A stretch of DNA of 64,000 bases from Glaucostegus cemiculus (taxonomy: Eukaryota). The first letter of the stretch is position 1, and each line of letters opens with the position of its first letter. Both the position numbers and the translations under genes were made by a program. Positions 1 to 11,643 of the stretch are shown one piece after another. The stretch covers positions 1,054,001 through 1,118,000 of the forward strand of contig CDPCPM010000263.1 in NCBI GenBank assembly GCA_976551045.1. Direction: 5' to 3'. The notes beneath the pieces were generated by a model that saw only the letters and a list, made by a program, of their open reading frames with translations, was not told where the DNA came from and did not search any database.

Positions 1-1528
1 TCTGCAATGTGGACATTGTCCAGCTCATAGCCTTAGCTTGGCCGTTTCTTACAGCATGTGGTGTGAACTGAACTGGCTGAAGATTGGCTTTAGTGAGTGG
101 GGGGATCTCAAGAGAAAACCAAGATGGATAATACTTGGCACTTCTAGCTGAACGTGGCTGCAAATGCTTCGCCCTGGAGGGGAACTCAATTGACTGACTC
201 ATACGATTCCTGCAAGTAAACTGGCTGACATTACACTGTCAAAATATGGCACTCTTGAAGCCCATAATTAGTCAGTACAGTATGTACAAGGAAACCAAAC
301 TTTGGACTGAGTTTGCTTGGCTGACTCAGTACTATTTGAAGCCATCGATTTTGTAAATGAGTTATCAGGAAACACATGATATATATTTTAACGTGTTTAT
401 GTGTGGTGAATGGATGTTTCTGTCTATGCCATCGCTGAAGAATCTTTTTAAACCAGGCAGTCAAGAAGCTACTTGCAGAAAATGATATAACTCAGGCACC
501 TTTTATTTAAGAATCCCAGCAAATTAACTGAATCGGCCAATACTGTGGAAAATATTAAAGCAGCAAGCTTGAAGGAGTCCTAACAATTTGCAAAGTGTTT
601 AATCCTTATAACCAACCTTCTGTTGAGAACCATTTTATTATCACAAAGGTTGCCTGCCGCACTTGGCAGCTATGCACATAATTTCCTAGTCCTGATGACT
701 CACGGTTGCTGTGTAAAGTCACATGTTGTTGCTGACTGACTGATCACTGATCAAAACATGCTTTCAATTGACATCTTTTTGCTTTGAACCCAGACCGATG
801 TTTTAATTGTTTTGTGTGCTGGGCATTATTGACTTTGTTGGACAATTATTCCTTCAAACTTAAATTATAGACAAATAGACAATAGGAGCAGAAATAGACC
901 ATTCGGCCCTTCGAGTCTGCTCCACCATTTTGAGATCATGGCTGATCCTCAACACTCAATATCCCGTTCCTGCCTTGTCCCCATATCCCTTGATTCCCCT
1001 ATCTATAAGAAACCTATCTAGCTCCTTCTCTATAAGAAACCTATCTAGTTATACATGAAAACTAATGTATTTTACCTGCTTGGAAAACAAATTATATGCC
1101 AGCTATTTTTACATCTGGCTGTGCTGCCTGTTTACTCCAGCAATCTACAACCAATGCAATTGCAGTATCTCAACAAAGTCCTTCATTTTCCACAGCTTCA
1201 AATGTTTTCTCTTACGCAAATTCAATCAACCCTACCCAGAATCAAATACATTCCTTAACACCACAATGTTTCCTCTGAGCCAATTTCAAATATCTTATTC
1301 ATTTTACAAAATATGCTCATGGCTGGCAAGGCCAGCATTTATTGTCTATTCCTGAGTACTCTTCAGAAGCTGGTAGTGAGTTACCTTCTTCAACCATTTC
1401 AGTCCTTCTGGTGAAAGTACTCCCACAGTGTTGTTGAGGAGAGAATCCAAGGATTTAGACCCAGAGAGAATGGTGAAACGCTATATATTTCCATGTCAGG
1501 GTGATCTGGAGGGAGTATTTTTCCATAT

Positions 1529-1659
1529 TGTTACAAAGTAGCTTACTACTGGCAAATATCCCTTTAAGATAGACATCTTGTGTGTGTGTGCGCCTATAAG
1601 AATGTATTACGTCAACAGAAGATAAGACGAACGTGATGAGGTCATTACAAGAAAGAAAA

Positions 1660-1690
<31 letters not shown>

Positions 1691-2369
1691 AAGAGAGAGA
1701 GGAAGGAGAGACGGCAGCCTGTTTTGTTTCTGTGGATGGATGAAGGACGGTAACTGTGTTTGTCACTACGATCCACGGATGGATTTCTGGAGTAGTCAAG
1801 TGGAGTTCACTTTGTCGGTAACCTGTAGAAGGACACAGGTGTTTGCGTGGACAACCACATTTTGGATGCTCTTCAGAGTGGCAGATATTGTGGAACAAAG
1901 TGACGGAATTCACTTTGCTGCTAACCTGTAGAAGAACACAGGTATTTGCATGGACAGTCACGATCCAGGAGTTTTCGGGGTGAGAAGGTCACTACCGAGT
2001 TAGCCCTGAAGTGTTGTTTGAATTCCGAGTGGAACATTCGGATTTCATGATTCCTCTCTAAGCTCTCTCTATATCTATGTTTTGTCTTCGGTGGACGGTG
2101 CTTGTGAAGAAGCCTTTATTCGTGTTTCATCTTACGGCTTATTGAACTGAACTTTAAGAACTAATTCCTGGACTTGGAGTTTAGGAATTTGCCACACATA
2201 CACGACGAGTAGTTTTGGGGTTATAGTTTAAGATTCTAATATTTTGTTTTGTACTAATATACTAAATTTTTGTTCTTATTTTACGTATTATCGGAAGTAG
2301 TTATTAATAAAGTAGTTTTAACACTGAAGTATGAATTGGTGTGCTTCTTTTGTTGCTGGTTTCGTAACA
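1529..2369 (+). mobile_element. Solo LTR (Gypsy-like), 841 bp
   Basis: Ends TGTTACAAA...TTCGTAACA form an inverted pair. Perfect 4-bp TSD ATAT (1525-1528 and 2370-2373). AATAAA at 2306-2311. Internal ~65-bp direct repeat at ~1795-1859 and ~1897-1962. Inserted into older LINE-like sequence. Confidence 0.85.
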
Positions 2370-3111
2370 ATATGCCTGCAGCTCTTATCCTTTGGTAGAG
2401 TATCTGGAAGGGGATGTTGGTGTAATCTGGTGGAAGTAACAGTTATATATTTAGTAGGTGGTACACGTTGCAGCCACAGTGCATTGGTGTGGAGGAAGTA
2501 TCTATTTAAGGTGGTGGATAAGGTGCCAATTAAGTGGGCTGCTTTGTCCTGGGTTGTATTGAATTTTTTGAATGTTATTGGAGCTGCAGTCATCCAGGCA
2601 AGTGGAGAGTAAGCCACCAGACTCTGGATGTTCCCTATAGATGGTAGAAAGGCTTTGAAATGTTCAGAAGATACCTAGTCTCTACCTGTTCTGGTACTCA
2701 CAGTATTAACATTGCCAGTAACCTTTGAGGTTTTTAGGGAATTCTTCTCAACTTTAAAACCCTTCATAATTTTAAAAATCTTTATCTCAGGCTTAGGCAT
2801 ATCCACTCCAGAGGAAGTAGTCCCAGTTTTTGTTCCGATCTATCACTTTACATTTCCGATATAATTCATTCCTTCTCACAGAGGAAGTGAATCTCTAGAA
2901 TTCTCTACACCGGAGGGTTCTAGAGGTTAGAGCTACTTAGAGTAGAGATAATTACATTTTTGAAATATCAGGGAATTGAGATCCATGCGGTCCTGCTACA
3001 GAAGCAGAGAACTAGGCAGATCAGACATGATCATATTGAATAGAGGGGCAGGCACGAGGTGGTCAGTTCTCACTTCGATTTTCTTGTTCTTGGGGATATT
3101 CTGGACCTTCT

Positions 3112-3595
3112 TGTCATGATTCTGAGTACTGGCCCTTGATTTGGTTCCTTAGATGCCTCGTTGTACAGCACATGGATTCCACGCTGGACTGATTGCACAA
3201 TGACACACACCTGAGCCCCATCAGGGGCCTAGCATAAGTACCTGGGTTTCTCTAGCACTAGTGGCCAGAGGATTGGTCAACTGTTGGCTCCAAGCTGCTT
3301 AGAGTGGTCTACTCTGGAGCAGTCCTGCATTCCCTAGTCCTGCATTCCCTAGTCCTGCATTCCCTAGTCCTGCATTCCCTAGTCCTGCATTCCCTAGTCC
3401 TGCATTCCCTAGTCCTGCATTCCCTAGTCCTGCATTCCAATTCAGTTTGTGTTGGGATTACTACTCAGATATCCAAGGCAAGAATCCTTCCAGTGTTGCC
3501 TGTGTCCGGTCCTGAGGCAGTATCCTGACTCCAGTCTTGTACCAGTGTGCTGCATTTGGGTTCTCTGAGCTTGCTCTTCAATCAACATTGTGACA
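3112..3595. mobile_element. Solo LTR, 484 bp
   Basis: Ends TGTCA...TGACA. Perfect 5-bp TSD CTTCT (3107-3111 and 3596-3600). Contains an internal 15-bp tandem array. Confidence 0.8.
3321..3438. repeat. 15-bp tandem repeat (AGTCCTGCATTCCCT) x~8
   Basis: Directly visible perfect array; produces the LVLHS repeat ORF. Confidence 0.97.
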
Positions 3596-3858
3596 CTTCT
3601 GGTAATCAGTGAAGATGACTGGGGATATGGGAGTGGACTTCAAGTCACTTGAGGTAGAAAGGCCCACCACATGGAGCTGCTTTTATGGACCTGATGTTTG
3701 AGTGGCACATCTGCCCCCAGCGCTACAGCTCTGTATGCCTTGAATGGCAGCCTGTCCTTGGACATCTCCCAGATGTGAAATAACACCTGTCAAAAATTAA
3801 CCATTTCTGCCCTGGGGTACATATCTTGTTTCATGCTTTCCATTTTTGCCTAATCCTT

Positions 3859-4138
3859 CATAGTAGCAATTAGTGTAAAGCTATTTCAGCAACAGACCTG
3901 GGTTCAACTCTGGCTACTGTCTGTAAGGAGTTTGTACTTTCTCTCTGTGTCTGTGTGGTTCCACTGGGTGTTCTGGTTTCGGTCCACATTCCAAAGACAT
4001 ACGGGTTAGGCAGTTGTGGGCATGCTATATTGGTGCCGGAAGTGTGGTGACACTTGCGGGCTGCCCCCAGAACACTCTATGCAAAAGATGCATTTCACTA
4101 TGTGTTTTGATGTACATATGACAAGTAAAGTTATCTTG
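3859..4138 (+). mobile_element. V-domain tRNA SINE, family A (decayed)
   Basis: B-box-like GGTTCAACTC, V-domain (GGAGTTTGTAC...CCAAAGAC), tail CATTTCACT...GTACATATGAC. Confidence 0.85.
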
Positions 4139-4744
4139 TATTTCAAATTTATAACCTCATTCATTTGTATCTCTTTAAACTCCCTGCCACCCTTTGACAT
4201 ACTCTCTTCCAACCCTATCCTTGTGTGTTACTGTTTGGAGCCCTGCCAAGAGCCCAGACTCCCATGTCTGTGCCTTCTTCTTAAAACTCAATCCTTTGAC
4301 TGTTTAGGTCTCCTCCTCCTTTATCCACTTCTTGATTTTTCTGCACGGCTCTACATCCAATGAACACAGAAGGAGGCCATTCAATCAGTTGGGGCTGCAC
4401 CTGATCTTTGAAAGAGTTCTCCAGGTTCTATTTTTTCTTAAGACCTAGAAGGAGGCCATCTGGCCCATCATCTCTATGCTGGCTCACAGACCAATCCACT
4501 TCTGGCACAAGTTTTCCCTGTAACCTAATCTCCTTACATTCCCATTAACTCCTCTAAGACTCTGCCAATTACCTGGAGGGGCAGCCTTCAGTGGTCAATT
4601 AACCAATCGATAGGCATATCAAGTGGTCCCACATCCCTGTCTCATTCTATCTCTGTGCTTCAAATTTCTCTTGCAAAGTTTTTATGCATTAGAGTGATAT
4701 ACATGGTTTCTGGTAGAAATCTACAATGCACTGTCTGCAGATGG

Positions 4745-5055
4745 TGATTGGTTTATTATTGTCAAATGTACTGAGATACAATGAAAAACTTTGCATGCCA
4801 TCCATATAGATCATTCCATACATAACTGCACGGAGGTAGTACAAAAGGAAAAGCAATAACATAATGCAGAATATAATGTTACAGTTGCAGAGAAAGTGCA
4901 GTGCGGGCAGACAAATAGGTGCAAGAGCTATGATGAGGTAGATTTTGAGAGATCAAGAGTTCATCTTTATTGTACAAGAGGTTCATTCAAGTATCTATAA
5001 CAGCAGGGTTGAAGCTTCATTGAGACTGGTGGTATGTACTGTCAGGGTTTTGTAT
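4745..5055 (-). mobile_element. Rex1/Babar LINE 3' end fragment
   Basis: Reverse complement of the 3' UTR and tail seen at 42100-42470. Confidence 0.7.
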
Positions 5056-5280
5056 GTGGTGGAGTTAGGATCCATATGGCCTTCAAGAGGGAATACTGCG
5101 GAGAAAAAATTCAAGGTTATAAAGAAAGGGACAGTGGAGGGAACTAGAGAGTTGGACACAATGGGCTGTAATATTGTATGATATTACAGAAATTTAATTT
5201 GCTGATGTGGTTGTTAAAACGATCTTGGGCAATAATAAAATATAGACATGAATCTCACAATATTGTCTCCTCTAGATTAG

Positions 5281-5520
5281 AGAAAACCAAACACAGATTG
5301 GTGACTCCTTTCCAGAGCACCTGTGTTCTGTCCACAGCAGTGACTCAGATCCTCTGTTGCTGTCATCTTAATTCTCTATCCCATTTTGACCTATTAGCCT
5401 GTGCCCTCCTGCACTGTTTTAATGAGAGTCAACATAAGCTTGAGGTAAAACACCTCATCTTCTGTCTGGGCACGTTGCAACATTCCAAACTTGTTATTGA
5501 ATTCTCCAACTTCTGATAAC
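5281..5520 (+). mobile_element. Penelope-like element GIY-YIG endonuclease C-terminal relic
   Basis: Translation EKTKHRL...LLHCFNESQHKLEVKHLIFCLGTLQHSKLVIEFSNF resembles the C-terminus of vertebrate Penelope/Poseidon ORFs; frameshifted. Confidence 0.75.
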
Positions 5521-5611
5521 TCACTTTCTCAATCTGTATAACAACTGGATACTTCAAGTCATCCATCTGAGATATTGGTTCAGTTATTTTTACATCTCTG
5601 TCAGTGCACCC

Positions 5612-6215
5612 TGTAATGTGAAAGGTCATGTCATGTGACACCACTGAGTACTAGTCGAAAGTGGCACCACTGTCAATCAGGGTCTAGCCCCAGCCAGCCA
5701 CTTAGCAGCACACTCTGACCATTGGTCCCTGTGCAGACCTCTCATACCTGGCTACAACCCATTGGACTTTCTGAGCTAGCTCCACCCAGCTCTCAAGCAC
5801 AATAAAGGATGCCACATGTGTGTGTGGCCTTCTCTCTCTTTCTCAATTGCTGCCAGGGTCGAAACCATGTTGAGGGACCGCTGGTAAGAGTGTGTGTGTG
5901 TATCTACAGGGGTTTAGGGGTGTTTTTAAGTAGATTCCCAGTAGAGTAGAGTTGTTGCTCCTCCCAGAGGCAGGGAGGGGTTCAGGCACTGTATTGCATT
6001 TTTCCCTGACCATTTGTAACTAGCTTACACTATGTGTGTGTGTGTGTGTGTTGTGACTCCCCTCACCTTTTACGATTATCCGAGTGTGTGAGTGTGTATC
6101 TGTTCCTGTCATTCTGTTCCTGTGTTTGTCTTTGTAAGTAAATTCTCTTTAAAATCCAAAGCCTGTGTCTGGATACCTCTGCTTTTGAGACCCATAAGAA
6201 CCTTTTCCCACAACA
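5612..6215 (+). mobile_element. Probable solo LTR, 604 bp
   Basis: TGT...ACA ends. Near-perfect 5-bp flanks CACCC and CACCA. TG-rich 3' half. Interrupts the Penelope relic. Confidence 0.6.
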
Positions 6216-6489
6216 CACCATGACCTAGTATTTGCAACCATCACACTTCATCACTCTCTAACTGCCCCTGTTAACTGTTCATCCCTACAACAACACTGAC
6301 CTCACTCTATCACAGTCATAGAGTCATATAGCATCAAAACATGTCAATGCCAACCAGGATGTCTTCCTGAGCTAGTCCCATTTGGCCCATATCCCTCTAA
6401 ACTTTTACTATCCATGTACCTGTCCAAATGTACAGCTATTCCCTTTGGGCTATCCATTCTGCCCCACACCCCTATTTTAAAATTAACTT

Positions 6490-6735
6490 TATTCTCTCTT
6501 TCCAAGTGCTGACAAAGCATCCCTGATCCAAAACGTTGAGACACAAGAAACTGCATATGCTGGAACCCAGAGCAAAAAAAGAAACTCAGTGGGTCAGGCA
6601 GCAGTTGTGGAGGGAAATGGACAGTCCATGCTTCAGGTTAAGACCCTTCACCTGGACTTAAAGAGAGGAGCTCGCTGTATAAAGAGTTGAAGGGGAGGGA
6701 TAGGGCAAGAGTTGCCAAGTGATAGGTGGATCCCA
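6490..6735. mobile_element. Penelope-like 3' terminal repeat, inverted junction
   Basis: Degenerate CTGAC...AAACGTTGA on + abuts an opposite-strand copy (GAGACACAAGAAACTGCATATGCTGGAA...GACCCTTCACCTGGAC). Confidence 0.65.
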
Positions 6736-6877
6736 ATCATTGAATTTGCTTCTCTTTCCACCTGCTGAGTGTTTCTTGCATTTTCTGGCTTTGTTATAGA
6801 CATGAATTTGTTTTTTCAGATGGTGCAGGAGAGGGATCAATCTTGTTTCCTGCAGGTTTTGGGTACTATCATTACGA

Positions 6878-7150
6878 TCAATCATTAAGGACCCCCACCG
6901 CCTGGGACATGCCCTCTTCACATTACTCCCATTGGGGAGAAGATACAGGAGTCTGAAGACCTGCGCTCAATGTTTTAATAACAGCTTCTTCCCCACCATC
7001 ATCAGATCTATGAATGGTTTATGATCACCACCTCATTATTCCTCTTGTACTATATATTTTTGTAACTTATAGTAATTTTATGTATCTTGCCCTGTAATGC
7101 TACCACAAAACAAATTTCATGATGTATGTCAGTGATAAAACTGATTCCAA
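6878..7150 (+). mobile_element. Rex1/Babar LINE 3' fragment
   Basis: Encodes SIIKDPH..GHALFTLLP.GRRYRSL-like sequence; tail GTCAGTGATAAAACTGATTC. Confidence 0.75.
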
Positions 7151-7381
7151 GTATAAAATATTAATTTTATATTTAATAATGCATAATTAAAGCACTCCAG
7201 TGGCTGTGAATGCTGTCACTCTGTTCTGTAGCAAGTTTCACTCTTGCAATATGCATTCATTGATAAAAGCTTTTAAAACGAGGCTTTTCACTGTATCTCA
7301 GTGAGACTTCATTGTTGCCTCAGGTGCTTTGTTGGGTGTGCTTATTTTGAATTGGCCTGTGTATGTATTTAGGTTTTATAC

Positions 7382-7591
7382 TTGTGACCAAAATTGCTTT
7401 TCTTTAAAATTGTAACCCAGCTTTTCAAAGCATACATTGGCACGAGGAACAAAAAATGAACCAAAATCATCTCCATCGAAATTAGGTTGTGACCAAAATT
7501 GCTTTTCTTTAAAATTGTAACCCAGCTTTTCAAAGCATACATTGGCACGAGGAACAAAAAATGAACCAAAATCATCTCCATCGAAATTAGG
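7382..7591. repeat. Perfect 105-bp tandem duplication
   Basis: 7382-7486 is identical to 7487-7591. Confidence 0.95.
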
Positions 7592-7689
7592 AAAGCCGCA
7601 GATTTAATGAATGTATCAATTGGGGAGGAAATGCATGCAATGATAGAAAGAAGGAGAAGAAATTAAAGTAGAGGAGCAGGCACAATGAC

Positions 7690-8310
7690 CACAGCGGACA
7701 CCCACCTCCGCCCCAGTGCCCGGGCTGCTGCAGCCCCGGGATACGTGCACGTCCGCACCTGGGAATGCGGACGCGTGGGGGCGAGGCAGGCGGTACGTGA
7801 GGACGTAGACAGGCCACGCCCCACCCCAACAGGCCACGCCCCCCTTCGGCGACCATTTTGAGGGTTGTCTATTTAAGGGCACGGTCGCGTTGTCCACGTT
7901 AGTCCGTCCTGGTTGTCCAGCGGGAGGTGATTTAAATCCCGCCCCCTCTCCCTCCCTCCCTCCCTCCACCCGCCTCAGGGGGGGGAAAAAAATCAGCATT
8001 ATTGTGAATAAAGTCGACGTTGTTTTAGGCTGTTGTGAGGTAGAATTGCGGGAGGGAGAGGATCCGACGCGGCGGAGGCCCGGAGGCGCGGTTAACGCCC
8101 GATTTCGGCTGGTCGCGATTTTCCCCGTCGATCCCGCTCGCCCGTTGTTCCCGCCGCCGCCGCCGCCGTTTCTGGAGCTCGGATCGCGAGTCCTTAGATG
8201 GCCAGCTTCCCAGGATCTGTCAACGAGAATGAAATAGGTGAGGGGGCAGCGGATGGGGTGGTCGATCCTGTGGGGGTGGGGCGGAGGAGCTGGTCCTGGG
8301 GTCGACGAGG
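7690..8310 (+). promoter_or_regulatory. WSB1: CpG-island promoter and 5' UTR of WSB1
   Basis: Dense CpG. Two GGCCACGCCCC SP/KLF boxes (~7812, ~7832). TACGTG at 7742 and 7794. TATA-like TATTTAA at 7870-7876. Directly upstream of the start codon. Confidence 0.85.
8198..8237 (+). CDS. WSB1: WSB1 coding exon 1 (MASFPGSVNENEI)
   Basis: Matches the WSB1 N-terminus (human MASFPPRVNEKEI). In-frame TAG just upstream. Donor G|GTGAGG. 40 nt. Confidence 0.95.
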
Positions 8311-8712
8311 GAGGGAGGGTAGGTGAGGGAGGGTAGGTGAGGGAGTGGAGGAGAGCAGGGTTGAGGGAGTGGAGGAGAGCAGGGTTGAGGGAGTGGAGGA
8401 GAGCAGGGTTGAGGGAGTGGAGGAGAGCAGGGTTGAGGGAGTGGAGGAGAGCAGGGTTGAGGGAGTGGAGGAGAGCAGGGTTGAGGGAGTGGAGGAGGGA
8501 GGGTAGGTGAGGGAGTGGAGGAGGGAGGGTAGGTGAGGGAGGGAGGAGAGCAGGGTTGAGGGAGTGGAGGAGGGAGGGTAGGTGAGGGAGTGGAGGAGGG
8601 TTGAGGGAGTGGAGGAGGGAGGGTAGGTGAGGGAGTGGAGGAGGGAGGGTAGGTGAGGGAGGGAGGAGAGCGGGGTTGAGGGAGGGTAGGTGAGGGATGG
8701 GGAGGGAGGAGG
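8309..8712. repeat. Purine/G-rich compound minisatellite in WSB1 intron 1
   Basis: Interleaved units GAGGGAGTGGAGGAGAGCAGGGTT (24 bp) and GAGGGAGGGTAGGT. Confidence 0.95.
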
Positions 8713-9774
8713 TGCAGGTGGGTTTGGGTGTGTGTGTGGTTGAATGGCGATGGGCTGGGACGTGGGGGTGGGGTCGGCTCTGCGGTGGGAGAGGCTGGAG
8801 GGGGGCAGGGCTGGGCTGACGGGTTGTCTCGGTGCCCCTTGCAGGGGCTGCGGCCACGTTACTAGATATTTCTCCCTCTGCGTAATTGTTTGGAAAGGGA
8901 ACTTCATTTTTGGAGAGCTTGATCAGCAATTTGGTTTCAACACTTTTTTTTCCAATCAGCCTTGTGCATTCCTGACAAACTCTGTCTGTGTGTGTGGTTG
9001 GATAATGGTGTAGTCTGAATAGAGCCTCTGATTTTAATTAAATGTAGCCGTAGATGTTGGGTCTAGTCTCTTTTAATCATGTTGTGCAATTCGTTTGCCA
9101 CTGCTGAATACTGAATGGTACCTATGTGTATCTTGGTGTTTTAAATACACTTCATAAACCTATTTTCAAATCTGATATTGAATCTCAAAAAACAATAAAA
9201 TGAATTTGAATTTTGAAGTAGTAGTTTTATAGTGATTTCATTGTTGCCTCAGGTGCCTTTTTGGGTGTGCTTACTTTGAATGGAGCTGCTTATGTATTTA
9301 AGTTTTATACTATTTAAATGTGACCAACAAATTGCTTTCTTTAAAATTGTAACCCAGCTCTTCAAAGCAAACATTGATATTGGTAGTGACCTTTCAGCAG
9401 TATAATATTTTGTGAATTTTTAAAATAAAAATTGTTATTGCTCTGTTGTGATTAGAATTGCACTGCTGTTTGGTATAATTAGAGTTGCATTGCCTTTAAG
9501 TCTGGATTTGATCCGACAAGGTTTACTCACATCAGAGGGCAGTTAGAAATCCTTAATAAATACACTCAGTGCAATTTCACCTTTTTGTTTTCAGTTGTCT
9601 AGTTTCCATTTCTTTTAATTCCCTTTAGACTTGCTTTTTAAATACTGCTTTGCTCAGCATCCCAATGTCTCTTGAATTATTTTTGTATTACAAGTACTGT
9701 AGCTGTTGAAGCTGTGATGTTGACAGTGTCAGTTTTGTCTATTTGTATATGGAACTGTCACCAATAGGGTTTGT

Positions 9775-10060
9775 GATAAGATAGCTTTATTGGTCACGTG
9801 TACATTGAAACACACAGTGAAATGCAGCTTTCGTGTAGAATGTTCTAGGGGCAGCCCACAAGTGTTGCTGCGCTTCCGGTGCCAACATACCATTGCCCAC
9901 AGCTTCCTAACCTGTACGTCTTTGGAATGTGGGAGGAAACCGGAGCACCCAGAGGAAACCCACGCAGACTTGGGGAGAGCATACAGATTCCTTACACACA
10001 GTGGCTGGAATTGAACCCAAGTCACTGGCACTGTAATAGCATTATGCTAACCGCTACACT
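9775..10060 (-). mobile_element. V-SINE family A
   Basis: Reverse complement of 47424-47712. Confidence 0.9.
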
Positions 10061-10106
10061 AGGCTTGATGATTACTCTCCTAGTTTAGATGAACAGTCTA
10101 AATTTG

Positions 10107-10227
10107 GAGACACAAAAGACTGCAGAGAGCAAAGAAACAAGCTGCTGGAGGAACTCGACAGGTTGGGCAGCATCTGAAGAGAGAAACGGACATTTGACAT
10201 TTCAGGTTGAGCCCCTTCACCTGGACA
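10107..10227 (-). mobile_element. Penelope-derived terminal repeat, single arm
   Basis: GCTGGAGGAACTC...GCAGCATCT...CCCTTCACCTGGAC family motif. Confidence 0.75.
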
Positions 10228-11643
10228 TACGAATTTGGGCTGAAGTATGGGATTGGCTCTTCATGTGGCTCTCCTGAAAGTAGGAGTGTTTTTCAGCTCT
10301 TATTTCCTTGTGGCTAAATTATTGAAGCCTTTCTGTCTTAAGTGGCCTAGAAGATATTTTATCAATATCTATTTTTTATTATGAATCGGTGTTCTCATCA
10401 CTGTCTTGACAATATTTATCCCTCGACTAACATTGCTTAATTGACATGTCCCTTTTATTGTTGGTGTGATTCAATTACGAGGGAATTGTCTGCTGAGGAC
10501 CCTGTTTTATAATACTGACCTCAAAAAATATGATTGTATAGGACTTTGGGACATTTTGCCCTTGTGAAAAATGTTGTATAAATCTGAAGTTGTTTATCAG
10601 AATTGTTTTGGCTGCTTCCATATTACAACTGGTTGAATTTGGTATAGTTAGAATACTCGGTGTGATCTGTGTGCTTTTTGATCATCCTTATCCTTGCCAG
10701 CCAAGGTTTGAGGCACTGGGTAATTTGGGTGATTTATTCTGAGAGTTAGTGAGGATTGTCCCATGGGAACATGGAGGGGGAGTAAACCAAAATTTATATT
10801 TGTTGCAATATGGTCTTTGGAATGGAAACAAAATCAATGTCTTCTGTTTTATTGGCATAAAATAGATCCTAACCTAGATTCTATGTCTGATAAGTCTTGC
10901 TGCTTGTGTCCTTGATCTTTATGGATGGTTTTTGGCTGAAATTCCAAAGAGTGACCTATTAGAATAGAAGTAATGCATGAATCCAAAAGAACTGATCCAG
11001 AAAAATGACACTTGTAACATTATGAATTTTAAAAATGGCATTTGTTTGTGCTTGTCTTGTACAGTTAATGCCAAGTAGTGAGAATGGATCAAGGCTTGTT
11101 TAAAAGTTTTGTGGTTATGTATTTAGTGGTTCACTGGTGTCCTTTGGTATGAAGTAGTCACTGCTGTCAATTTTGCTCTTCTTGTGGTGAACTAGGCAGA
11201 GTTTAAATTGCATACTTTAATGTACAAGTTAAGTCTTTAGATTACCCCTGATTTGAGGATTTGATTCAAACTCTTACTCGTAACACGTTATTATTCTTGA
11301 ATAGGTTAGCCAAGGGCTTGCTAGCAAACTGAACAGTTCTTCAGATGGCCTCTTGAATTTCAGCATCCTTGCACTAAGTTGATTTTTTTCTTAAATCCCT
11401 TTTTTAAGGATTTGCTTGTACTTGCGCAGTACCTATTCCCTTGACATTGACAAGATATCTGGAGACTGAATTGTAGAATTATTATGGCACTGAAGGAGGG
11501 TACTCAGCCTAAAGTCTTTTCTGGATCCCAGTAATCTCAATCATTTCATTTTCCTCCTCCCCTTTTAGTCTGTAAATTGTTATTTTAAGAGCAAATGTAG
11601 TTCTCTTCCAGCATGCAAAAGGCACAGAGAATGTGGGAGGAAA

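Noticed and set aside
1002-1048. 20-bp direct repeat; similarly the 26-bp doublet at 28523-28574
   Set aside because: Ordinary microduplications at LINE fragment ends; no sign of function.
7616-8929. 437-aa minus-strand ORF overlapping exon 1
   Set aside because: Low-complexity Pro/Leu/Ser product of the G-rich minisatellite and CpG island; no recognisable domain.
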